A program made the translations under genes and the position numbers. A stretch of DNA of 64,000 nucleotides from Arenicellales bacterium (GTDB taxonomy: Bacteria > Pseudomonadota > Gammaproteobacteria > Arenicellales > JAJDZL01): assembly GCA_963663095.2 (NCBI GenBank), contig CAXXJB010000001.1, forward strand, positions 1,596,417 to 1,660,416. The letters are read 5' to 3'. Under the pieces are notes generated by a model. It was not told the origin of the DNA. It searched no databases and saw nothing but the letters and a program-made list of their open reading frames with translations. Positions 31,652 to 42,285 of this stretch are shown here, in pieces (position 1 is the first letter of the stretch; each line of letters starts with the position of its first letter).

Positions 31652-32072
31652 ACTTCCGGCGTTCTGTTTTGTCAACCTGCCTTTCAACTGCAAGTTAACA
31701 CGGAATCAGAAATTGTCTTTCAGGTACGTTCGTTATATGCCTGAATTTTTGACAATCATTGATTTGGAATTTACACTACCTCGGGTTTCCGAACAAGATG
31801 CAGAATTCCTGAAATGGAGAAATTGAACCGTATAACCATTGACTATTGAGTTATCAGCCGGGTGTCATCAGAAGACTGCCAAATGACCAGCGATCCAAAG
31901 GCATCCAATCATGCTGCCACCGATCAAACAGCCGTGGTGTGGTATAGGTTACCCGGCAATAGACCGGACAAAAAAAATCGTATTTTGTGGACTGTTTATT
32001 TTTCTTAAACCCGAGAGCAATCTGCTTGAAATCGCGCAGGAGTCAGTCGACTCGTGTAGAATTCGTTAACAG

Positions 32073-33242
32073 TCAACTCTTCGCAACCATGCGCCGTATG
32101 AATGCCAATATCAGAAACACAATTGTCGCGGCTGCCATCGTAACAATCAATCCATTTTCGTTCCATACCGTCATTGCAGCGCCACCCGATGCAGGTGCAA
32201 CGGAACCGCAGATACCCCACATCACTCCGAACGCCGCATTGCCTGCTGCTAACTGAGCACCGCGGAATCGCTGTCCCATAATCGTTAGTGCTACTGTATA
32301 GATGCCAGCGGTAGCACCACCCCAGATGAGCAGTACTGGCCAGATGATGATCTCGGTGCCGATGACAAATGGTACGGATATGACCGAAACCAACACCACC
32401 CCTGCGCAGACAAATAAAAGATAATAACGATTCATCCTGTCTGCGAGTGAACCGATAAATGGTTGGGCGATCATAGATCCGATAGCAATGACTGTCAGAA
32501 ACATGGCGGCCCATTCTGTTGATACGCCACTCTTTATTGAGTAAACCGGCAACAGTGTGACAATTGCCGCTTCCTCAAAAGACATCAGGGCTGCCGCGCC
32601 TACCAAGGTCGGTGCCAGCACGATGAATTTCAAGACATGAGAAACGCGTCCTCCGGAAAAATCGGGCTCAGATCCTCGTGTCCATCGAAGCGGGATTAAA
32701 GATAGTGCAATGAACGCAAATGCTACGAAAAATGGAAGGTTTCCCTCGATACCCAGAAATACGATAAACAATGGAGATATCCCCAAAGTCGCGCTGAATG
32801 TAAAAGTGTAAAGTCCCAGAATCCGGCCTCGCGTCCGATCTTCCGCGATCTCATTAATCCAGGTTTCCGATACAACAAACAGAACTGTTCCCGCAACACC
32901 CATGACAAATCGACTGACGAACCAGACATTGAGATTATCAAAGGTTATCATCATTATGATCATCGCCAGCTCAGTACAGATTGCGATGAACACGAGACGA
33001 GCTACATTAAACGCACGTATAATCAGTGGTATCAGTGGTGAGGCGATGATTGAGGCAATGAATGGCATCATGCCCATAATTCCTATCACGAGTGGTGTGT
33101 GTCCCCACATCTCCATTTTCAAGCTGATCAGCGGGTATATGAAGCCGATGCTCAGCCCATAGACCGAGATGACCGCAATTATTGAAAGCAATACCCGCCG
33201 GTTGAATGGGTCCGGAATTAGATCTTGAATGTAGTAACGCAC
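32073..33242 (-). CDS. MFS transporter
   Basis: 389 aa and ~12 hydrophobic helices. The start overlaps the GGT stop. Confidence 0.8.
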   Translation of the reverse strand: MRYYIQDLIPDPFNRRVLLSIIAVISVYGLSIGFIYPLISLKMEMWGHTPLVIGIMGMMPFIASIIASPLIPLIIRAFNVARLVFIAICTELAMIIMMITFDNLNVWFVSRFVMGVAGTVLFVVSETWINEIAEDRTRGRILGLYTFTFSATLGISPLFIVFLGIEGNLPFFVAFAFIALSLIPLRWTRGSEPDFSGGRVSHVLKFIVLAPTLVGAAALMSFEEAAIVTLLPVYSIKSGVSTEWAAMFLTVIAIGSMIAQPFIGSLADRMNRYYLLFVCAGVVLVSVISVPFVIGTEIIIWPVLLIWGGATAGIYTVALTIMGQRFRGAQLAAGNAAFGVMWGICGSVAPASGGAAMTVWNENGLIVTMAAATIVFLILAFIRRMVAKS

Positions 33243-34762
33243 TATACTGCGATCGCGATGCCGCTTCGCCTGCTGTCGCCGAAACCTTCAACCTGACCGC
33301 GGCAGTACTTGGCTGTGTGTACACCACCGAAAAACACATTGCGACGGTCAAATCGCGTGCTCTCCGGATAGTCTTCAATGACCCGGTCTATTGCAGACGA
33401 CTCAAACAGATTCTCATAATAGGCTTCGCGCTTGTGGTAGTGCAGTCGAGGGGCTCTCACGGCATCCTCAACCGGCATTTTGAAATCTATAAGATTGATA
33501 AGTACCTGTAATATCGCAGCGGGAATTCTATTCGACCCACCGCTTCCGGTCGCAATCAGTTCACTTTGATCCGACAGTGCGACTGTCGGTGCCATCATTG
33601 AACTGAGGCGAGTGTCAGCGGGCCAATCAGTCAAACCATCGGGATTGACATCATGTTCCCCCAGCATGTTGTTCATCATGACCGCAGTGCCGGGAATGAG
33701 CGTGCCGCAGCCCTCCCCATTACTGACAGAGACGGCCACAGCGTTTTGATCGCGATCAATGATTGATACATGAGTCGTTCCTCTCGGTGCTTTAGCATAC
33801 GAGTCTGCGATTTGCCTGAACATCTTGACGAGTTCGGAATCAAAACCCAAATCATGAGTCGTCCTTTTCTCGCTCAATGCGTCACACGCAGCAAGTGTCT
33901 CAAACATGGCGGCTAAGTGTTGAGACGTGCCGAATTCCCCAAATTCAGCACCGGATTTATTTTGCCGAGATAGTCCGAGGGCAATAAGTATTCCTCCGCT
34001 TGAAGGTGCGGGATTGAGAAAAACGCGATAACGGTTGTACTGGGTACGGATTGGATTTCGAAGTTCGACCTGATAGTTGGCCAAGTCATCGTAGTCGACC
34101 AGGCCGCCGTTTTGAGCGGTCTCATGGATCGCAGTCGCAATCTCACCCCGGTAAAACAGATCATCTCCTTCAATCGCCAAAGTTTCAAGCAGGTCGGATA
34201 AATTCGGAAAGTCAATTGTCTCTCCGCATTCTATCGTATTGCCCGGATTGCGCCGGCTTTCGTAAATTGATCGGGCTGAGTCGCTGAGATAGATTGGAGT
34301 GAGTATCTTGAAGATATGTGCCTGCATTTCGTTGACGACTATATTGTCCTTCAGAGTGTCCAGCGCAGGCTGGATCAATTCGGTCATAGGAATTGTGGAA
34401 TAACGACGCGCGATCTCAAATATTCCCTTGACGTACCCAGGAACTGCACTGGTTCCGCTGCCGATTATGAATTCCTGCTGCGCACTGCCGAAGTCACATA
34501 GGAAGCTCCGAGCGTTCAGTTCTTCAAGGTTTTTGCGGATGCGGGGGGTCTGAACAAAAAAATCATGTAGAACAGGTGCTTCGTCATGCTTATGTGCCAT
34601 GAGAAACCCGCCACCACCCAAAGAGGCGAGAGCCGGTTCCGCAATGCTCATGACATACATCGCACCGATGGCGGCATCGAATGCATTTCCACCGCTACGA
34701 AGAATCTCCGCAGCGGCGTTCGCTGTTTTCTCGTGCCCGGCAGTTACGATACCCTTGTTCAT
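33242..34762 (-). CDS. ggt: gamma-glutamyltransferase family protein
   Basis: 506 aa. N-terminal GIVTAGHEKTANAAAEILRSGGNAFDAAI, and the autoprocessing context ...APRGTTHVSIIDRDQNAVAVSVSNG. Confidence 0.85.
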   Translation of the reverse strand: MNKGIVTAGHEKTANAAAEILRSGGNAFDAAIGAMYVMSIAEPALASLGGGGFLMAHKHDEAPVLHDFFVQTPRIRKNLEELNARSFLCDFGSAQQEFIIGSGTSAVPGYVKGIFEIARRYSTIPMTELIQPALDTLKDNIVVNEMQAHIFKILTPIYLSDSARSIYESRRNPGNTIECGETIDFPNLSDLLETLAIEGDDLFYRGEIATAIHETAQNGGLVDYDDLANYQVELRNPIRTQYNRYRVFLNPAPSSGGILIALGLSRQNKSGAEFGEFGTSQHLAAMFETLAACDALSEKRTTHDLGFDSELVKMFRQIADSYAKAPRGTTHVSIIDRDQNAVAVSVSNGEGCGTLIPGTAVMMNNMLGEHDVNPDGLTDWPADTRLSSMMAPTVALSDQSELIATGSGGSNRIPAAILQVLINLIDFKMPVEDAVRAPRLHYHKREAYYENLFESSAIDRVIEDYPESTRFDRRNVFFGGVHTAKYCRGQVEGFGDSRRSGIAIAV

Positions 34763-35125
34763 CGGTCTGTTACCAATTTGAGACTGAAATAAGATTAGTT
34801 CGAGGTTAATTGATGTTGATTTGGTTGAATATTCGCCTTACGGTTCGATCTACAGTCTGTATCTCATTGATTTCAGACAGATGTCACTGGCTCCCATATC
34901 ATATTCGCTACCGGATTACTCTCTCGATTAGAAGCAAAAAAGCTCAAAAAATCAGCTTTAGGATGGATTGAACCTTTTCGAACATTTTGCTTAACTTATC
35001 GAAACATTTGATTTTCAGAAAATTCACCTGTTATCTCCATGAACCTAAATCATGCTTTTTTTCGACCTATATAATCAACTATATTATTCGCTGATGTTCA
35101 ATTCATACGAAACAGAAACGAGCAA

Positions 35126-36373
35126 ATGACAGGTCATATCAAGATACCAGAAAGCGGTGAGAAAATTACACTAGCAAACGGGGCACTGAGTGTCCCGGAA
35201 AACCCAATTATAGGGTATGTAGAGGGCGATGGAATCGGCCCGGATATTACGCGGGCGTCAATGCGGGTGTGGGATGCAGCGGTCCAGTTGGCCTACGGAG
35301 GAACCAGAAAAATTCACTGGTGCGAACTCTTCATGGGTGAGAAGGCAGGAGAGATATATGATGGAGATTACTTCCCTGATGAGACGCTTAAAACAATTCA
35401 GGATCTGATCGTCGCAATCAAGGGTCCGCTGTCAACTCCCGTCGGTGGTGGCTTTCGTTCGCTCAATGTCTCGCTTCGTCAGGCACTCGACTTGTATGCA
35501 TGCATCCGTCCTGTGAAATATTTTTCGGGTGTTCCATCGCCAATGCGTAAGCCGGAAGAAGTGGACGTTGTGATTTTCAGGGAGAATACCGAAGATGTCT
35601 ATTCAGGTATCGAGTTTCCAAGCGGCTCACCGGAAAACGAGAAGTTGGCCAAATTCTTGCGAGAAGAGATGGATGTCAGCTTTGAGGAAGGCGCAGGGCT
35701 CGGCATCAAGCCAGTCAGTGAAGCGCGTACGAAACGACTGGTCAGAAAAGCTATTGAATACGCGATAGCGGGTAGACGCGAAAGCGTTACCTTGGTGCAT
35801 AAGGGCAACATCATGAAATACACCGAAGGTGCATTTCGCTCTTGGGGTTACGAACTGGCACGTGAAGAATTTCCTGACGAGACGATCACGGAAGATGAGG
35901 TGTGGGATGAATTCGATGGCGAGGTGCCAGAAGGCAAGGTTGTCATCAAGGATCGAATCGCTGACATCATGTTTCAGTTGCTGCAGTTGCGTCCGGCAGA
36001 ATTTGATGTTGTTGCGACCACAAACTTGAATGGGGACTATCTTTCGGATGCGGTTGCGGCTGAAGTCGGTGGGATCGGAATCGCACCGGGCGCGAATATC
36101 GCAGACCACGTGGCGGTGTTTGAAGCCACACACGGAACCGCTCCAAAGTATGCCAATCAGGACAAGGTGAATCCTTCGTCACTGTTGCTTTCGGGTGTCA
36201 TGCTGCTCGAGTATATCGGTTGGCGCGAGGCGGCGGATTTGATCAATACCGCATATCCGAAAGTCATCGCGAATGGAACCGTAACTTACGATTTTGCCCG
36301 ACTGATGGGAAATGCGACTGAAGTGTCAACCAGTGAATTTGCGACTGCACTGATTGACACAATGAAAGCTTGA
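35126..36373 (+). CDS. icd: NADP-dependent isocitrate dehydrogenase (homodimeric type)
   Basis: 415 aa with ...[20 protein letters not shown]..., [28 protein letters not shown]. Confidence 0.95.
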   Translation: MTGHIKIPESGEKITLANGALSVPENPIIGYVEGDGIGPDITRASMRVWDAAVQLAYGGTRKIHWCELFMGEKAGEIYDGDYFPDETLKTIQDLIVAIKGPLSTPVGGGFRSLNVSLRQALDLYACIRPVKYFSGVPSPMRKPEEVDVVIFRENTEDVYSGIEFPSGSPENEKLAKFLREEMDVSFEEGAGLGIKPVSEARTKRLVRKAIEYAIAGRRESVTLVHKGNIMKYTEGAFRSWGYELAREEFPDETITEDEVWDEFDGEVPEGKVVIKDRIADIMFQLLQLRPAEFDVVATTNLNGDYLSDAVAAEVGGIGIAPGANIADHVAVFEATHGTAPKYANQDKVNPSSLLLSGVMLLEYIGWREAADLINTAYPKVIANGTVTYDFARLMGNATEVSTSEFATALIDTMKA

Positions 36374-36374
36374 T

Positions 36375-37037
36375 TCAATCCTTTGAGCGGAAATTCGGAT
36401 CGGCGGCACGCCATAGATACCAGCTGGCGACGCTGCGGTAGGGTTTCCAGCGTTTGCCATGTTGTTTCAGTTCTTCGGGACTCGGCATGTCATTCAGGTT
36501 GAACGCAACTTTGAAACCGCGCCGCACACCCAAGTCGTTGTCAGGCAGAACGTCGCTCCGACCAAGATTGAAGATCAGCAGCATCTGCACAGTCCATGGC
36601 CCAATACCGCGTACAGTTGTGAAAGTGTCAATCAGTTCCGAGTCAGTCATACTCTGAATGCCTGTAGGTGTCGGTAACAAGCAGGCATCTTCCTTCTCAG
36701 CCAAATCCCAGACTGCCCTGATTTTCGATTGCGAAAGCCCACAGGCGCGCAACTGATCAAAGTCGGTGGCAATCAACTGTTTTGGTTTTGGAAATTCATC
36801 ATCGTAGAGTTCCAGAACCCGGTCCAATATGGCTTTGGCTGCATGCCCCGAAAGTTGCTGATAGACGATTGATCGAAGCAATGCCTCGAAAGGAGTCATA
36901 TCCGAGCGTAGTTCCAAACGATACGCGCCGATCTCCCTGGTCAGGTTGAACAGTAGATTATCAACATTCTCAAAATGTCGAATTGCGGCTTCCGGATCGT
37001 AGGGGTATTGGATCGAGCAATCGGATGTCCAGACCAT
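36375..37037 (-). CDS. alkA: HhH-GPD DNA glycosylase (3-methyladenine glycosylase II type)
   Basis: HhH-GPD core ...TTVRGIGPWTVQMLLIFNLGRSDVLPDNDLGVRRG. The start overlaps the stop of the upstream OmpA-domain gene. Confidence 0.8.
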   Translation of the reverse strand: MVWTSDCSIQYPYDPEAAIRHFENVDNLLFNLTREIGAYRLELRSDMTPFEALLRSIVYQQLSGHAAKAILDRVLELYDDEFPKPKQLIATDFDQLRACGLSQSKIRAVWDLAEKEDACLLPTPTGIQSMTDSELIDTFTTVRGIGPWTVQMLLIFNLGRSDVLPDNDLGVRRGFKVAFNLNDMPSPEELKQHGKRWKPYRSVASWYLWRAADPNFRSKD

Positions 37038-39085
37038 CAGTTTTGAATTCTTTCAGCGAGTTCAGGAACGAGTCGAATTTCAATTCGACGGTTAGCGGCG
37101 CGCCCTTCGTCCGAATCGTTGGAGGCGATTGGACGCAGCGGACCGTAACCGACAACCCGCACACTTCCTTCAGGAACGCCCTGTTCGATCAGGTAGTTGG
37201 CTGCTGCTGCCGCTCGGGCCGCTGACAGTTCCCAGTTGGTCGGATAAAATTGAGCGAGTCTGGCTGAAATCTGCTTACTGTCGGTGTGACCTTCAACGCT
37301 GACGATTCTGCCCGGAAAATTCAACAGCTGCTCTGAGATTTTCGCAAGAACCGAAAATCCGCGTTCGTTCAGTCTGGCCGAGCCCGACTCATACACGACA
37401 TCCGACTCCAGGGTAATCGCGGAGTAATCGGAAATCAGCCTTTCCATCTGCGTCTGTTTGTCTTGCAGTTCGTCGGACAGGGTGGCAGTCAGTTCTTTTT
37501 GAAACGAAATGAGCGCGTCTGTATCAGACTCGGTGGTGCGAATCTGTTTACGAATACGTCTCAAATGTTTACTTGCGTATCGTAAGCGGGTGCTGAGATA
37601 TTCAACATTCGCTTTGGTATCGACAAGTTCCACATTGGAATGATTCAATGCGACTGTCAAATTCTGAATAATATTCTGCAATGACATGTTTTCGGCGACA
37701 AGTGCGTCATTTGCTTGCCTGCTGTCTGACAAATCGGTTTCCAACTGAGATTTTTCTGCAAGTGAATCCTCGTTCACGGTTTGCAAGCTGAAGTTCTGGG
37801 CATTGGCAACTCCAAGATCGGCGGTCAAGGTTTGGATTTTCTTGTTCAGCTCCGAATTCTCGGTTTGCAAATTAGTGGTCTGCGTATTTGAGATTTCCAG
37901 TTTTGACAGCAAGTCCTGTACTTTTGTATTCAGATCAGATTTGTCGGATTGCAGTTTATCTGTACCTGCACTCGCTATCTCCAATTCGGCAGTCAAATAC
38001 AGTACTTCCGCATTCAAGTCGGAAATTTTACTTTGCAGGTTGGCAGTATGGGCAATGGCTGTTCCAAGATCAGCTGTCAAGGTTTGCACTTTCTCGTTCA
38101 ACTCCAAATACTCGGTTTGCGATTGGGTTGTGTGCACATCTGCGATATTTTCGGTTTGCACGTTAGCTGACTGAGCATTTTCCGGATCACTCACCAGGAT
38201 CTGTTCAGTCGCATCTGGGATTGAGCTGTCCGATTGCGATTCGGCAGTCCGCGCATCCGCGCTGTTTTCAGTTTCCTGGTCACTCGCGGGGGCTTGCTCT
38301 GTCACAGCTGGGGTTGAGCTGTCCGGTTGCGGTTCGGCAGTCCGCGCATCCGCGCTGTTTTCAGTTTCCTGGTCACTCGCGGGGGCTTGCTCTGTCACAG
38401 CTGGAGTCGAGCTGTCCGGTTGCGGTTCGGCAGTCCGCGCATCCGCGCTGTTTTCAGTTTCCTGGTCACTCGCGGGGGTTTGCTCTGTCACAGCTGGAGT
38501 TGAGCTGTCCGGCTGGGACTCGACCATCTGCGCACTCGCGTTCTTTAGTTCAAGTTCGCGCGCTTTAGCTACCTCCAATTCCGCAGATAACGTTTGCACT
38601 TTCTCTCTCAGATTGGAGACGGTGCGTTCGAGCTGTTCTATCATCTGCTGCGATTCGCTCGATTGCGGAGTGGAAGTTGAAACAACGGTTTCAGGGACGA
38701 CGATTTTCATTTCGCCATTTTGTACTTTGGCCAGTATCGATTCCAGTTCGGCTTTGGCTGTGTTGTTTTCGATATTTGCCTGGTCTAGTTGCTGGATTAG
38801 TTGCTCAATTTCGCTGGATGTTCCACTGAGTTCGCCTTTCAGATTCTCATTCAGCGTACGCAGTGCTGTGTTTTCTTCGATAAGTCCTCGATGTGCCAGA
38901 CTCAGATCATCGACTTTATTTTGCAGACTTTCAATCTCACCGGTAAGCTCGGTGTCGGGCATTTCAACGGTTACAGTTTGAATTTCAGATATGCCATCAT
39001 TTGAATCGAGATTGTAGACCCAGCTAAGAATAGCGACAACAGCCATCACAATTGCGATTATCCAGGCAAGATTGTTAGTTCGCAC
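37037..39085 (-). CDS. membrane-anchored coiled-coil protein with acidic tandem repeats and a C-terminal OmpA/MotB peptidoglycan-binding domain
   Basis: N-terminal TM (LAWIIAIVMAVVAILSWV), ~550 aa of heptad-like sequence, and the C-terminus VEGHTDS...NWELSAARAAAAANYL...GYGPLRPIASNDSDEGRAANRRIEI. Confidence 0.85.
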   Translation of the reverse strand: MRTNNLAWIIAIVMAVVAILSWVYNLDSNDGISEIQTVTVEMPDTELTGEIESLQNKVDDLSLAHRGLIEENTALRTLNENLKGELSGTSSEIEQLIQQLDQANIENNTAKAELESILAKVQNGEMKIVVPETVVSTSTPQSSESQQMIEQLERTVSNLREKVQTLSAELEVAKARELELKNASAQMVESQPDSSTPAVTEQTPASDQETENSADARTAEPQPDSSTPAVTEQAPASDQETENSADARTAEPQPDSSTPAVTEQAPASDQETENSADARTAESQSDSSIPDATEQILVSDPENAQSANVQTENIADVHTTQSQTEYLELNEKVQTLTADLGTAIAHTANLQSKISDLNAEVLYLTAELEIASAGTDKLQSDKSDLNTKVQDLLSKLEISNTQTTNLQTENSELNKKIQTLTADLGVANAQNFSLQTVNEDSLAEKSQLETDLSDSRQANDALVAENMSLQNIIQNLTVALNHSNVELVDTKANVEYLSTRLRYASKHLRRIRKQIRTTESDTDALISFQKELTATLSDELQDKQTQMERLISDYSAITLESDVVYESGSARLNERGFSVLAKISEQLLNFPGRIVSVEGHTDSKQISARLAQFYPTNWELSAARAAAAANYLIEQGVPEGSVRVVGYGPLRPIASNDSDEGRAANRRIEIRLVPELAERIQN
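38150..38521 (-). repeat. 93-bp (31-codon) in-frame tandem repeat, three near-identical copies plus one degenerate copy
   Basis: GAGCTGTCC recurs at 38223, 38316, 38409 and 38502 (period 93). It encodes E(S/P)QPDSSTPAVTEQ(T/A)PASDQETENSADARTA three times, then ESQSDSSIPDATEQILVSDPENAQSANV. Confidence 0.95.
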
Positions 39086-39444
39086 AGTCAGTTCCTCAAT
39101 TGAACGATTGACAAGAATAGTCGGGATGAAAGCCTGTAGGGCACAGGTTCTGATTCAGAAATGCTGAAGATATGATTGTAGTGGCATACAGTTAAGTAAC
39201 AATTATATATTTGATTTAACCTCAGTCGTGTATTGTATTGCGTTTAGTCAGCCGAATGAATTGAAGTTTAATCGAAAATCTTATTCAATCTACAAGCCCT
39301 TCGATGTTTATTGTTGACTTGAAGCGTGATTCCGAAGTAATGATTCGCTCCAGGCGCATTTCCCCTAAAATTAGCGATGAACCCGACGAAACGACTGGAC
39401 TTAGAAATTTTTCTCTTTTCCATCGTCACTCAGTTGGACAGAAT

Positions 39445-40041
39445 TCAGCCGATCTCCCAGGTTGAAACACAACATTTCCCAAGAGCATCCCACACTTCGA
39501 CTACATCAGTTCTTTGTTTATAGCCGGTCAGAGTCGCCCGACTTGAATCCCCGGAAATGACAGATTTCAGTGCCATCAAGCTCACCTGATGCGCGACGAC
39601 TAGAACTTGCGGCGCGGTTTGCATTGCGCAAAGTGCCTTGAAGAAATCTCCAACCCGTTTCTGCACCTGATCAAATGACTCGCCACCCGGTGCTGGGGTA
39701 CGAAAATGTTCGAGACGCCAGAGTTCATAAGCCATCTTGCCAACTTCTCGCTGAATTTCATTTTCAAGTCGTCCATCATATTGGCCAAGATCAATTTCGA
39801 TTAATCGGTCATCAACCGTAACGTTTGAAGATTCATGTGCAATTATCTTGGCTGTTTCTACCGCACGTGACAGGGGAGAACTGTAGATGTTGTCTATACA
39901 GACGTTCTTTGAGCGAAGAGTACTACCGACAGTTCCTGCTAGTGCTCTACCCTCAGGGTTCAATGGTGTGTCAACACGACCTTGCCAGCGGTGCTGCTGG
40001 TTATAATTGGTTGGTCCGTGCCTGATCAGTAAAAGTTCCAC
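39445..40041 (-). CDS. histidine phosphatase (phosphoglycerate mutase-like) family protein
   Basis: LLLIRHGPTNYN (RHG motif) and a 198-aa body with ...SSPLSRAVETA.... Confidence 0.8.
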   Translation of the reverse strand: MELLLIRHGPTNYNQQHRWQGRVDTPLNPEGRALAGTVGSTLRSKNVCIDNIYSSPLSRAVETAKIIAHESSNVTVDDRLIEIDLGQYDGRLENEIQREVGKMAYELWRLEHFRTPAPGGESFDQVQKRVGDFFKALCAMQTAPQVLVVAHQVSLMALKSVISGDSSRATLTGYKQRTDVVEVWDALGKCCVSTWEIG

Positions 40042-40138
40042 TTAGGAATTACAATAGTGTGAGAGAGCGAATCAGTATCGAGTGTTCAGAAGAAACAGCG
40101 AATTCTTTCAGAATATAGACCAATCATATTTCGATCAA

Positions 40139-42268
40139 ATGAAAAAAGCATTTCTTCTAGCAATTGTCGTAGGGCTGATTTTAGTTTATTTTCTGTTTGA
40201 TCTCGGGCAGTACCTCAATCTGGAATATTTTGCACGGCAACAGGACAAAATTCTGGCGTACCGCGACTCATTTCCTGTACGCACCGCCGCCATCTTCTTC
40301 ACTCTCTATGTCCTCGTGACCGGACTTTCATTGCCGGGTGCGGCGATTGCCACACTGATTGGCGGTGCGATTTTCGGACTTTTTTTGGGTACCGTCCTGA
40401 TATCCTTTGCATCAGTCATCGGTGCTTCTTGCGCTTTTCTGATTTCACGGCATATCTTGCGAGACACAATTCAGAATCGTTACGGCGAGCGGCTGCAGAC
40501 TATCAACAAAGGGATCGAAAAAGACGGCGCGGTCTACCTGTTCACATTGCGAATGGTTCCGCTTTTCCCGTTTTTCGTGATCAATCTGGTCATGGGGCTG
40601 ACACCGATGCGTCTAGCGACCTATTTTGTTGTCAGCCAAATCGGGATGCTGCCGGGAACGGTTGTCTATGTCAATGCAGGTACTCAACTCGCCAAAATTG
40701 ATTCGGTCGCGTCGATTCTTTCACCGACCCTTATCGCATCTTTCGCATTGCTGGGCATATTCCCCCTTATCGCGAAGCTCATCATCAACACCCTGAAATC
40801 CCGCAAAGCTCTCGGAAAGTTCAAGAAACCGAAAAAGTTTGATTTCAATACGGTTGTTATCGGTGCGGGGTCTGCTGGACTTGTCGCTGCCTACATCGCT
40901 GCCGCGGTCAAGGCCAAGGTCGCTCTTATTGAGAAGGGGAAAATGGGCGGTGACTGCCTGAATACCGGATGTGTTCCCTCCAAAGCCATTATCCGAACTG
41001 CCAAGTTTCTGTCCCATGTGCAGCGCAGTCACGAATTCGGTGTGCACACAGCTAGTGCAGAGTATGATTTCAAAGATGTGATGGACCGAATTCGTGGAAT
41101 CATCGGTGTAATTGAGCATCACGATTCTGTAGAACGATATACAGGACTGGGCGTAGACTGTTTCGCGGGTCATGCCTACATTGAGTCCCCGTATTGTGTG
41201 GATGTGGAGGGTGAGAAACTGACCACCCGCAGCGTCGTGGTCGCATCGGGTGCTGAACCAGCCATTCCACCGTTACCTGGTATCGATGAAATTCCATACT
41301 ATACGTCGGATACGATCTGGGAGATAGAGCAGTTGCCCAGGCGACTGCTGGTATTGGGCGGTGGGCCCATTGGCTGTGAACTGTCACAGGCGTTCGCCAG
41401 ACTAGGTTCCGAAGTTACCCAGGTCCAGAGACTCGATCGTATCATGCCCAGGGAAGATCGGGAATTTTCCGAGATGGTTCTCGAGCAGTTCAAGCTTGAG
41501 GGCATCAATGTGAGACTGCAGCATTCGGCCAAGCGTTGCATATCCGAAAACGGGTCGATGTCGCTGATCTGTGACCATGCAAGTCAGGAAGTTCAAATTG
41601 AGTTCGATGTATTATTGGTTGCAGTTGGTCGACGTCCCAGAATCAAGGGGTTCGGACTGGAGGAACTGGGGATCGAGCTGAGTGACAGCGGTACGATAGA
41701 GGTCAACGAATTTCTTGAGACCAACATTCCAAACATCTACGCAATCGGCGATGTAGCCGGTCCGTATCAGTTCACTCATTTCGGTTCTTATCAGGCAACA
41801 TCAGCCGCTTCAAATGCGCTGCTGAGGCCATTTTTTCGACGCCGGGTCGACTACTCGGTGATACCTTGGGCGACATTCACTGAGCCCGAAATCGCGCGTG
41901 TCGGACTGAACGAACAGGAAGCAAAGCAGAAAAACATTGATTACGAAGTGACGGTTTACGACTTTAAGGACCTGTCACGGGCGATTGCCGACAGCGAGAC
42001 GAAAGGTCATATCAAAGTGCTGACTCCACCGGGGAAGGACCGAATTCTGGGTGTCACGATTGCTGGCGAACATGCTGGTGACCTGATACACGAATTCGTT
42101 TTGGCGATGCAGAACCGGCTGGGACTGGGTAAGATTCTGGGAACCATTCACATCTATCCGACTCTGGCTGAATCGGCGCGGTTTGCAGCCGGAAATTGGA
42201 AGCGCAATCAAGTCTCCGAGCGTACCATGCGCATACTCCGGAGATTCAACAACTGGCGTAGAAAATAG
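40139..42268 (+). CDS. fusion protein: TVP38/TMEM64 (DedA/SNARE-associated) membrane domain plus FAD-dependent pyridine nucleotide-disulfide oxidoreductase
   Basis: The N-terminal ~230 aa are polytopic (MVPLFPFFVINLVMGL). Then come the dinucleotide fold VVIGAGSAGL, the redox-active disulfide GGDCLNTGCVPSK, and a C-terminal dimerisation region (HIYPTLAE). ATG at 40139 is preferred over the GTG at 40082. Confidence 0.85.
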   Translation: MKKAFLLAIVVGLILVYFLFDLGQYLNLEYFARQQDKILAYRDSFPVRTAAIFFTLYVLVTGLSLPGAAIATLIGGAIFGLFLGTVLISFASVIGASCAFLISRHILRDTIQNRYGERLQTINKGIEKDGAVYLFTLRMVPLFPFFVINLVMGLTPMRLATYFVVSQIGMLPGTVVYVNAGTQLAKIDSVASILSPTLIASFALLGIFPLIAKLIINTLKSRKALGKFKKPKKFDFNTVVIGAGSAGLVAAYIAAAVKAKVALIEKGKMGGDCLNTGCVPSKAIIRTAKFLSHVQRSHEFGVHTASAEYDFKDVMDRIRGIIGVIEHHDSVERYTGLGVDCFAGHAYIESPYCVDVEGEKLTTRSVVVASGAEPAIPPLPGIDEIPYYTSDTIWEIEQLPRRLLVLGGGPIGCELSQAFARLGSEVTQVQRLDRIMPREDREFSEMVLEQFKLEGINVRLQHSAKRCISENGSMSLICDHASQEVQIEFDVLLVAVGRRPRIKGFGLEELGIELSDSGTIEVNEFLETNIPNIYAIGDVAGPYQFTHFGSYQATSAASNALLRPFFRRRVDYSVIPWATFTEPEIARVGLNEQEAKQKNIDYEVTVYDFKDLSRAIADSETKGHIKVLTPPGKDRILGVTIAGEHAGDLIHEFVLAMQNRLGLGKILGTIHIYPTLAESARFAAGNWKRNQVSERTMRILRRFNNWRRK

Positions 42269-42285
42269 ATACCGCCCGCTTCGGT

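Noticed and set aside
38221-38568. 115-aa + strand ORF with the repeated peptide CFQFPGHSRGLALSQL
   Set aside because: It is the antisense reading of the 93-bp tandem repeat. The minus strand carries an uninterrupted 682-aa ORF with a TM helix and an OmpA domain, so the repeat codes on the minus strand. It is also not a CRISPR array: the units are contiguous with no unique spacers.
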